In this document: positions 33,908-40,652 of the stretch, piece after piece
Position numbering within the stretch: the stretch's first letter is position 1
Layout of the letters: every line of letters starts with the position of its first letter
Source of the DNA: Pirellulales bacterium
GTDB lineage: Bacteria; Planctomycetota; Planctomycetia; Pirellulales; JAICIG01
Length of the DNA: 40,652 bases
Reading direction: 5' to 3'
NCBI GenBank assembly: GCA_040877345.1
Contig: JBBDNX010000061.1
Location: forward strand, 1-40,652
Made by a program: the position numbers and the translations under genes
The notes under the pieces: model-generated
The model's input: the letters and a program-made list of their open reading frames with translations, nothing else
What the model was told of the DNA's origin: nothing
Databases searched by the model: none

Positions 33908-36127
33908 ATGAAGCATTCTCTTACCTGGATCGTGTTGGCTTGTTGCGGAGCGCTTGGGGCCGGCGCAGCCGTTTGGTTGGGGCTTTCGCTGGAGCCGCCC
34001 GGCGACGATCCGGCCGGCGGCGCTGACGGCCCTGGGCCAAGCATCGTTGCCATGGCCAGCCCGCGCCCGCTAGGCACGCGCCTAGCGGCCCGGCGTCAGG
34101 CAATCGAGCCGCCGGCCTTGCCGGACCGCTCGCTGGTCGAACCGATCGTCGAACCGGCCCATCCACCGCGGACCAGCCAGGTCGCACCCGAACCGGCCGA
34201 CTCGGTCACCAGCGGCGCCGTGCTCAAAGCGCTGGAGCAATTCGCGCAGGCGGCCGCCGCCGGCCGGCCCGACGGCCAGACCCCTTCCGCCGCGCCGCCG
34301 GTTGACGATCCGGGCGAGTCCCGCGAACTGCCGCCGGCCGAGCAGGTTCCCGCCGGCCGCGACCCCCTGCCCCGCATCGAGCGGATTCGCGGCAACGGCG
34401 AGGGAGACAACCAGCTTGTGATCCACATTCAGGACGAAGACCTTCGCCAGGTCCTGGCCCTGCTGAGCGAGCAAGGAGGCTTGAACATCCTGGCCGGACC
34501 CAGCGTGCAGGGCAAGGTGTCGGCCACGCTCAACGGCGTCTCGGTCGAAGCCGCCCTGGAGGCGATTCTCAAATCCACCGGTTTCATCGCCCACCGCGAC
34601 GGCCAGTTCATCTACGTGGGAACCAGCCAGGAGTTCGAGGCCATGCGGCAGTCGCTCGATCGTATCGGCACCCGCATCTACCGGCCGAACTTCGTAACGG
34701 CCAGGGACCTGCAAACGCTGATTGCCCCCTTGCTCACCACCGCCAGCGGCAAGATCAGCGTCACCGCGCCGGCCGAGGTGGGCATTGCCACCGATACCAC
34801 CGACGCCGGCGGCGATTCGATGGCCGGCGGTGAAGCCGTGCTAGTGCAGGACTACGAGGACGTCTTGGCGCATATCGACCAGGTCGTCCAGGAGATCGAC
34901 CGGCGGCCGGCCCAGGTCTCGATCGAGGCCATGATCCTTTCGGTCAAGCTCAACGACCAGAACCAGTTCGGCGTCGACTTCCAGTTGCTGCGCGACAAGA
35001 GCAACGTAAGGTTCGGCCTCGGCAGCCCGCGCATCAATCCACTCGAAGGAGGCGGACAGATCAACCCGGTAACCGGCGGCACGATCGGCGAGTTCGACTT
35101 CGACGGCGGAGGAATGAGCTTTGCCTTTCTCGACGACAGCCTGGGGGCCTTCTTGACCGCCCTGGAGACCATCGGCGATACCAACGTCATCGCCACGCCC
35201 CGTCTGATGTGCCTCAACAAGCAGCGCGCCGAGATCCTCATCGGAGCGCAGCTCGGCTACATCAGCACCACGCTCACGTCGACCAGCACCTCGCAGAACG
35301 TCAACTTCCTCGAGGTGGGAGCCCAGTTGCGCATCCGGCCCTTCATCTCCAGCGACGGTCTGATCCGCATGGAAGTGCACCCCGAACTGTCGACCGGCAG
35401 CGTCCGCGTCGAGCAAGGCTTCACGCTCCCCGACAAGGAGGTCACCCAGGTCACCACCAATATCATGGTCCGCGACGGCTGCACCGTGATCATCGGCGGC
35501 CTGATGCGCGAGGACCTGAGCACCTCCACAAGCCAGATCCCCCTGGTGGGCAGCCTGCCGATCGTGGGGGCCCTGTTTCGCAACAAGACCGAAAAGATCG
35601 ACCGGCGAGAAATACTCGTTTTGATCACGCCGCGGATCGTCGGCGAGCCGGCCACCTGCGTCGAAGGAGCCGAACAGGCCCACGCCTTCCTGGCACGCCA
35701 GGCGGTCGTGGCCGACGCAATGACCCCGCTGGGCAAACGTTACCTGGGACGGAAGAACCTGCGCAAGGCCCAGCAGGCCGCTGCCGCCGGAGACCGCGCC
35801 TCGGCGATCAGGCTCGCCGAGCTGGCCGTGCATTTCGATCCGCTCAATCTCGAAGCGGTCGAGTTCTCTCGCTCGTTGACGGTCAGGGGCGGCGGAAAAC
35901 CCGAGGTCGTCGTTGAGGGCCCGATCGATGCGGCTGACCATCCGCTGGACGGCGAAACGATCCCTCCCTGGGTCCTCGACCAATTGGAGGCGGATGGCGG
36001 AAACTCAATCGAACATCCCGGCAGCATGCCTCGCGAGCTGGCGCCCCCCGCCGGCCCGCGGGCTTCCCTCCCTCGCCGGCCCGCTGTTCCCATCCAGCGG
36101 CCAGGAGCACCGGATGCCAATCGCTAG
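33908..36127 (+). CDS. Secretin (PilQ/GspD family) with a C-terminal helical extension
   Basis: N-domains (LRQVLALLSEQGGLNILAGPSVQGKVS...; IYRPNFVTARDLQTLIAPLL) and the secretin core (NVIATPRLMCLNKQRAEILIG...IPLVGSLPIVGALFRNKTEKIDRREILVLITPRIV). Confidence 0.9.
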   Translation: MKHSLTWIVLACCGALGAGAAVWLGLSLEPPGDDPAGGADGPGPSIVAMASPRPLGTRLAARRQAIEPPALPDRSLVEPIVEPAHPPRTSQVAPEPADSVTSGAVLKALEQFAQAAAAGRPDGQTPSAAPPVDDPGESRELPPAEQVPAGRDPLPRIERIRGNGEGDNQLVIHIQDEDLRQVLALLSEQGGLNILAGPSVQGKVSATLNGVSVEAALEAILKSTGFIAHRDGQFIYVGTSQEFEAMRQSLDRIGTRIYRPNFVTARDLQTLIAPLLTTASGKISVTAPAEVGIATDTTDAGGDSMAGGEAVLVQDYEDVLAHIDQVVQEIDRRPAQVSIEAMILSVKLNDQNQFGVDFQLLRDKSNVRFGLGSPRINPLEGGGQINPVTGGTIGEFDFDGGGMSFAFLDDSLGAFLTALETIGDTNVIATPRLMCLNKQRAEILIGAQLGYISTTLTSTSTSQNVNFLEVGAQLRIRPFISSDGLIRMEVHPELSTGSVRVEQGFTLPDKEVTQVTTNIMVRDGCTVIIGGLMREDLSTSTSQIPLVGSLPIVGALFRNKTEKIDRREILVLITPRIVGEPATCVEGAEQAHAFLARQAVVADAMTPLGKRYLGRKNLRKAQQAAAAGDRASAIRLAELAVHFDPLNLEAVEFSRSLTVRGGGKPEVVVEGPIDAADHPLDGETIPPWVLDQLEADGGNSIEHPGSMPRELAPPAGPRASLPRRPAVPIQRPGAPDANR

Positions 36128-37166
36128 GCGATCACCCGCCGCCGCCAGCCGGGCCCGGCCAACCGCGCTGCCCGCAAGCCTGGTCCTGGGCATGGCTGTT
36201 CTGCTGCCCTGCTGCGGCTGCGCGAAGCTCAAATCGTGGAAAGGCGCCGACGATGTTCGGCCCGAGCGCATCGGCCGCGCGCAGGCCGCCGCCAAATCGT
36301 TCGATCTTCAACGCGAGCAGGGCGAATACCAATCGGCCCTCGCCCGCTGGCGGCAGGCAGATTTCGACGGGTGCCGCCAGACCCTCCAACGCCTGCTGGC
36401 TCGGAATCCCGACCATCGCGACGCCCGGCTGATGATGGCCGAACTGTGCATGCTGGCTGCCCAGCCCGGCGAGGCCCTGAACCATCTCGACCATGCCCTG
36501 GCCGGCCACCCCGACGACCCCCGGGTCCAGCACGCCATGGCCATGCTGTTAGACGCCCAAGACCAGGGCGAAGCCGCCCTGGGCCACTACCAGCGGGCCG
36601 CCGAACTGGCGCCTCACGATCAGGCCTACGCCGCCAGCTATCGTTCGGCATTGGCCAGCTTGCGGCGCGGGCCCCCTGCCGGCACGGCCGTCCGCACCTC
36701 GCACGCCGTTGCCGCCCTCCCCCTTCCTGCACTCGCTCCGCAGGCGCGGCTCTGGCTCGACGAGGCCGACCGGGCGCTTGCCGGGCGCGAGATCGACCAG
36801 GCACGCCAGTCCATTCAGCGGGCCATCGCGGCTGATCCGCGCAACCCGCAAGCGAGGCTCTCCGCGTCCGTGCTCGCGCTGCGGCATGACGAATTGGAAC
36901 TTTCCATCGAGCTGGCCCGTACCGGTTGCTCCGCTTTTCCCGATTCGGCCGCCCTACACCGCGTCCTGGGCGCGGCACACTACCGCCTCGGGGACCTGGC
37001 CGCATCTCAAGTCGCACTGACGCAAGCACTTTACTTGGACAACGCGGATCCCCTGTCCTACTTTTTATTGGCTTCCACGCTGGCCAGGCTGGGACAAGCC
37101 GATTCGGCCGACTGGCATTATCGCCAGGCTCGACGGCTGGACCCGCGTTACGCCCGCGTTCGGTAG
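36114..37166 (+). CDS. TPR-repeat lipoprotein (PilF/PilW-pilotin-like)
   Basis: AGGAG lies 8 nt before the ATG. Lipobox-like VLLPCCGC. Several TPR-like helical pairs. Overlaps the secretin gene by 14 nt. Confidence 0.65.
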   Translation: MPIARRSPAAASRARPTALPASLVLGMAVLLPCCGCAKLKSWKGADDVRPERIGRAQAAAKSFDLQREQGEYQSALARWRQADFDGCRQTLQRLLARNPDHRDARLMMAELCMLAAQPGEALNHLDHALAGHPDDPRVQHAMAMLLDAQDQGEAALGHYQRAAELAPHDQAYAASYRSALASLRRGPPAGTAVRTSHAVAALPLPALAPQARLWLDEADRALAGREIDQARQSIQRAIAADPRNPQARLSASVLALRHDELELSIELARTGCSAFPDSAALHRVLGAAHYRLGDLAASQVALTQALYLDNADPLSYFLLASTLARLGQADSADWHYRQARRLDPRYARVR

Positions 37167-37190
37167 CCCGGCCGGCCCCGCCCAGCGGCG

Positions 37191-38744
37191 ATGGCCCGCC
37201 GCGCTTGTCTGCCCGGCAACCAAGACCCACTGCGTCCAATGCACGACTTCAAAGGCAAACTACTCTGGGCCGCGCCGGCCCTGGCCGCCTCCCTGCTGGC
37301 CGGCTTGACATGGGCCGCCGGAAGCAGCCTGGGGGGTTGGAGCTGGCTGGCGTTGATCGGCTGGTTCGTGTTGGGTGCCGTGGCAGCCGGTGGTCCGCTC
37401 GCTGTCGTCTGCCGGCGAATGCAGCACCGGCAGCAAATCGCCCGGAATTACCTGGAGCGGCTCTCGCGGCTCGAACATCACCAGCTCGGCCCCGACGCGC
37501 CGTGCGAGCTGGGGCCGGCTTTGCACGAGGGCCATCTTTGGGCGGGGCTCTTGAACCAGATCAAGGACAACCTGGCCACTCAAGCGGCCCGGTGGGCCGA
37601 GGCCGAACATGCCCGGGCCGCCCTCGAGATCCGGGCTCGCCGGCATGCCGCCGAGGCGGATAGGGCCAGCAAAATTCTCTGCGGGCTTCCGGAGCCGGTG
37701 CTCGCCGTCGGCGCTTACGACGAACTGTTGCTGGCCAACCCCAGCGCGGCCCGGTTGTTCGACTTCGATCCCACCGCCTGCGGCCGGCAGGCGCTGGGCG
37801 GCGTGGTGCACTGCGAAAAACTGTTGGCCCTGCTCAACGATACCCGCCGGCGCAAGTCGCCGCTGCCCCGCAGCGAGGAGCTGGAGCTGGACGGTCCCGA
37901 CGGCGCCGCGCGGTGGTACAGCGTCTGCACGTCGGCCTTGCCGTTGGACGGCGATGCCGCGCGGCCCTCGGACGCCGGCTACGGTGCGGTGGCCGTCCTG
38001 CGCGACGTCAGTTCGCAGAAGCGGGTCCAGCGGACCAACGCCGAGTTCGTTTCGGCCGCCAGCCACGAGATGAAAACCCCCTTGGCCGGCATCAAGGCTT
38101 ACGTCGAATTGCTGGCCGACGGCGATGCCCAGGACGAGGCGACGCGCGAGGAGTTCCTCCAAGTCATCAATGGCCAGGCCGACCGCCTCGAGCGGTTGAT
38201 CGACAACTTGCTCAACCTGGCGCGGATCGAGGCCGGCGTCGTCAAGGTCAGCAAGCAAAGCCAGCCGCTCAACGAAATCCTCTGCGAGGCGGTCCGCGTG
38301 GTCCAACCTTCGGCCGAGGCCAAGAGGATCGAGCTCTCGCACGAGCTCAGTCCACTCTACCTTGGCGTGCTGGCCGACCGCGACATGTTGCTGCAAGCGG
38401 CCATGAACTTGTTGTCCAACGCGGTCAAATACACGCCGCCCGGCGGAAGCGTAGTGCTGCGCAGCCGCCTGGTGGACCGCGACGTGCAGTTCGAAGTCGA
38501 GGACACGGGCGTCGGCCTGTCGAGCGAAGACTGCCAGCGGGTGTTCGACAAGTTCTATCGGGTCGACAAGGACAAGCAGATGGCGTCGGGCACCGGTCTC
38601 GGTCTGCCTTTGGCCAAGTACATCATCGAGGACGTGCACAACGGACGCTTGACGGTCGAAAGCCAGCTCGGCGCCGGCAGCACCTTCCAGGTCACGCTGC
38701 CCGGTGCGGGCCAATTGAACTCGAAACAGGAGCGGCGGGCCTGA
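37191..38744 (+). CDS. Sensor histidine kinase (two TM helices with a very short external loop, PAS-like domain, HisKA, HATPase_c)
   Basis: H-box FVSAASHEMKTPLAGI, N-box NLLSNAVKYTP, G-boxes EDTGVGL and GTGLGLPLAK. Alternative start at ATG 37239. Confidence 0.85.
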   Translation: MARRACLPGNQDPLRPMHDFKGKLLWAAPALAASLLAGLTWAAGSSLGGWSWLALIGWFVLGAVAAGGPLAVVCRRMQHRQQIARNYLERLSRLEHHQLGPDAPCELGPALHEGHLWAGLLNQIKDNLATQAARWAEAEHARAALEIRARRHAAEADRASKILCGLPEPVLAVGAYDELLLANPSAARLFDFDPTACGRQALGGVVHCEKLLALLNDTRRRKSPLPRSEELELDGPDGAARWYSVCTSALPLDGDAARPSDAGYGAVAVLRDVSSQKRVQRTNAEFVSAASHEMKTPLAGIKAYVELLADGDAQDEATREEFLQVINGQADRLERLIDNLLNLARIEAGVVKVSKQSQPLNEILCEAVRVVQPSAEAKRIELSHELSPLYLGVLADRDMLLQAAMNLLSNAVKYTPPGGSVVLRSRLVDRDVQFEVEDTGVGLSSEDCQRVFDKFYRVDKDKQMASGTGLGLPLAKYIIEDVHNGRLTVESQLGAGSTFQVTLPGAGQLNSKQERRA

Positions 38745-38766
38745 GGCGGCCGTCCGGGAGACCACC

Positions 38767-39180
38767 ATGAGCAAGCGCGTGCTCTTGTGCGACGACGAAA
38801 TCCACATCCTGCGGGCCGCGGAGTTCAAGCTCTCCCGCGCCGGCTTCCACGTCCGCTGTGCCGCGGATGGGCTCGAAGCCTGGGAAGCCATCCAGCAGGA
38901 GTGCCCGGACTTGCTGGTCACCGACTTTCAGATGCCGCGGCTGACCGGGCTGGAGTTGATCCAGCGCCTGCGCCAGAACGAGTCCACTCGGCACCTGCGG
39001 GTCGTGGTGCTCACGGCCAAGGGCCTCGAACTGTCGGCCACCGAGCTGGCCGAGAAGTGGGGAGTGCTGGCGGTGCTCGGCAAGCCCTTCAGTCCCCGCG
39101 AGCTCCTGCGGATCGTCGAAAGCATTGTCGCCACCGGTGCCCCGCCCGACCCACGCCCACTCGATCCCACCGCGCCATGA
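38767..39180 (+). CDS. Stand-alone CheY-like response-regulator receiver
   Basis: VLLCDDE...DLLVTDFQMPRLTG...VLTAKG...GKPFS. No output domain. Collinear with the receiver at 20147-20587. Confidence 0.85.
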   Translation: MSKRVLLCDDEIHILRAAEFKLSRAGFHVRCAADGLEAWEAIQQECPDLLVTDFQMPRLTGLELIQRLRQNESTRHLRVVVLTAKGLELSATELAEKWGVLAVLGKPFSPRELLRIVESIVATGAPPDPRPLDPTAP

Positions 39181-39503
39181 ACCTGCCCACGGAAACCTTC
39201 GGCGAAGTCATCGTGGTCCACACGCCCGAGGAGCTCGGCGCCGACCAGGCGGCCGCCTTCGAGGCGCTGCTGGTGTCGCTCGAGCGCCGTCACGTCGTCT
39301 TGGATCTCGACAGCACCGAGACGCTCGACAGCCAGGGCCTGACCGCCTTGCTCAACTCGCAGGACAACCTCCGCGAGCTGGGCGGCGACGTCAAGCTGGC
39401 CACCAGCAACTCCAGCAACCGCAAGATCCTGGAGATCACCCGGCTCGACCGGCAACTGGAAGTCTTCGAAAACGTGATCGACGCGGTCAAGAGCTTCCGT
39501 TAA
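39177..39503 (+). CDS. STAS-domain protein (anti-sigma-factor-antagonist type)
   Basis: The ATG overlaps the receiver stop (ATGA at 39177-39180). VVLDLDSTETLDSQGLTALL carries the conserved phosphorylatable Ser context (Ser52, nt 39330-39332). Confidence 0.8.
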   Translation: MNLPTETFGEVIVVHTPEELGADQAAAFEALLVSLERRHVVLDLDSTETLDSQGLTALLNSQDNLRELGGDVKLATSNSSNRKILEITRLDRQLEVFENVIDAVKSFR

Positions 39504-39524
39504 AAACCTCGCGGGGCCCGCGCC

Positions 39525-40652
39525 ATGCCAAACCACAACGAATCGCCGCAGCGGCTGGGCGCCCTGCTCGTCGAGCGGGGCTATCTCACGCCCGAAGGGC
39601 TGGCCGCGGCCCTGGCCCAGCAACAGGGCGGCAACCAGCAAAAACTGCTCGGCGAGATCCTGATCGAGACGGCGGTCTGTACCGAGGAGCAGGTCGTCGA
39701 GTGCCTGGGCCTGGAATACGGCGTTCCCTATGCCCGGCTCGAGGCCCGCACGCACGATCCCAAGGTCATCGAAATCCTGCCTCGCGAGTACATCGAAAAG
39801 AACCTGGTGCTGCCGCTGTTCGTGGTCCGCAACGTGCTCACCGTGGCGGTGGCCGAGCCCTCGAACCTTTTTCTCATCGACGAGATCCAGGGCATCAGCC
39901 GGCTCGACGTGCAGATCGTGGTGGCCACGTCGAAAGACATCCGCCGCGTCATCACCCACCTGCCGAATTCCAAGGTCTTCGTGATCGACGACATCATCGA
40001 AGGCGCCGATACCGCCGACGTCACGCTCATCGACGAAGCCATCGAGGACATCGGCGACCTCGCCGAGATCGCCGGCCAGTCGCCGGTCATCCGGCTGGTG
40101 AACTACATCATCTACAACGCGGTCAAGGAGGGCGCCAGCGACATCCACATCGAACCGGCCGAACGCTGCCTGCGGGTCCGCTACCGTATCGACGGCCGGC
40201 TCTACAAATCGTTGGAAGTTCCGCTGCACCTGTTGTCCGCCGTGACCAGCCGCATCAAGATCATGGCCTCGCTCGATATCAGCGAGCGCCGGCTGCCCCA
40301 GGACGGCCGCATCAACGTGCTCTTGGACAAGCGGAAGATCGACCTGCGCACCAGCACCTTCCCCATGAGCCGCGGCGAGAAGACCGCGATCCGCGTGCTC
40401 GATACCCGTACCGTGTCCCTGGTGCTCGAGGAGCTGGGCTTCGCCGAGGACATCCTGGCCAGCTTGCGCGAGCAGATCCGCGCCCCCAACGGCATCGTGC
40501 TGGTCACCGGCCCCACCGGCAGCGGCAAGTCGACCACGCTCTACGCGGCCCTGAACGCCATCAGCTCGATGGAGAACAACATCTGCACCGTCGAAGACCC
40601 GATCGAGTACCACCTGCCGCTCATCAACCAGTTCCAGGTGCAGGAGCGGGTG
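39525..40652 (+). CDS. GspE/PilB-family secretion ATPase, 5' part (runs off the window; absent from the supplied ORF track)
   Basis: My own translation: MPNHNESPQRLGALLVERGYLTPEGLAAALAQQ...SPVIRLVNYIIYNAVKEGASDIHIEP...RYRIDGRLY...LPQDGRI...GIVLVTGPTGSGKSTT (Walker A). There is no stop before nt 40652. Confidence 0.9.
   Translation, partial: MPNHNESPQRLGALLVERGYLTPEGLAAALAQQQGGNQQKLLGEILIETAVCTEEQVVECLGLEYGVPYARLEARTHDPKVIEILPREYIEKNLVLPLFVVRNVLTVAVAEPSNLFLIDEIQGISRLDVQIVVATSKDIRRVITHLPNSKVFVIDDIIEGADTADVTLIDEAIEDIGDLAEIAGQSPVIRLVNYIIYNAVKEGASDIHIEPAERCLRVRYRIDGRLYKSLEVPLHLLSAVTSRIKIMASLDISERRLPQDGRINVLLDKRKIDLRTSTFPMSRGEKTAIRVLDTRTVSLVLEELGFAEDILASLREQIRAPNGIVLVTGPTGSGKSTTLYAALNAISSMENNICTVEDPIEYHLPLINQFQVQERV

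Noticed and set aside
37260-40613. Two very long minus-strand ORFs (37260-38921, 553 aa; 38928-40613, 561 aa).
   Set aside because: They are antisense shadows of the HK, receiver, STAS and ATPase genes. Their composition is low-complexity Arg/Gly/Ala/Gln/Val-rich, with no motifs. This is typical of high-GC DNA, where stop codons are rare on the opposite strand.

Overview
GC-rich bacterial chromosomal window (roughly two-thirds G+C by eye, not computed). The gene content looks planctomycete-like: a DUF1501 fragment, a MORN-variant repeat protein, many prepilin-type genes, and REP arms whose spurious translations read ALKGRN / PRALPWA. That taxonomic call is inference.

The first ~26 kb is mostly housekeeping and envelope genes:
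- tilS 3' end and a convergent MFS transporter.
- A GT-C glycosyltransferase translationally coupled to a ~1070-codon AsmA/TamB-like gene, which is broken by a single in-frame TGA.
- dapF and a DUF374 acyltransferase-like gene.
- An IS200/RAYT-type tyrosine transposase bracketed by ~116-bp inverted REP arms.
- xseA, xseB-ispA-dxs and nadK.
- A secreted hypothetical protein, a CXXCH protein with a probable frameshift, and a 5'-truncated DUF1501 gene.
- A CheY-like receiver, a CdaA diadenylate cyclase fused to YbbR (CdaR-like) repeats, YihY/BrkB, a PilZ protein, an HtrA-like protease and a MORN-repeat protein.

The last ~14 kb (26.8 kb to the window end) is the most interesting part. It is one co-directional, tightly packed cluster: I/J/K/H-type pseudopilins, PilM/N/O/P-like proteins, a secretin, a TPR lipoprotein, a histidine kinase, a receiver, a STAS protein and a GspE/PilB ATPase. 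The ATPase is open at the window end and absent from the supplied ORF track. Its N-terminus carries an MshEN-type c-di-GMP-binding motif.

I recognised no rRNA, tRNA or CRISPR array. All family assignments come from reading motifs in the translations. No database search was run.
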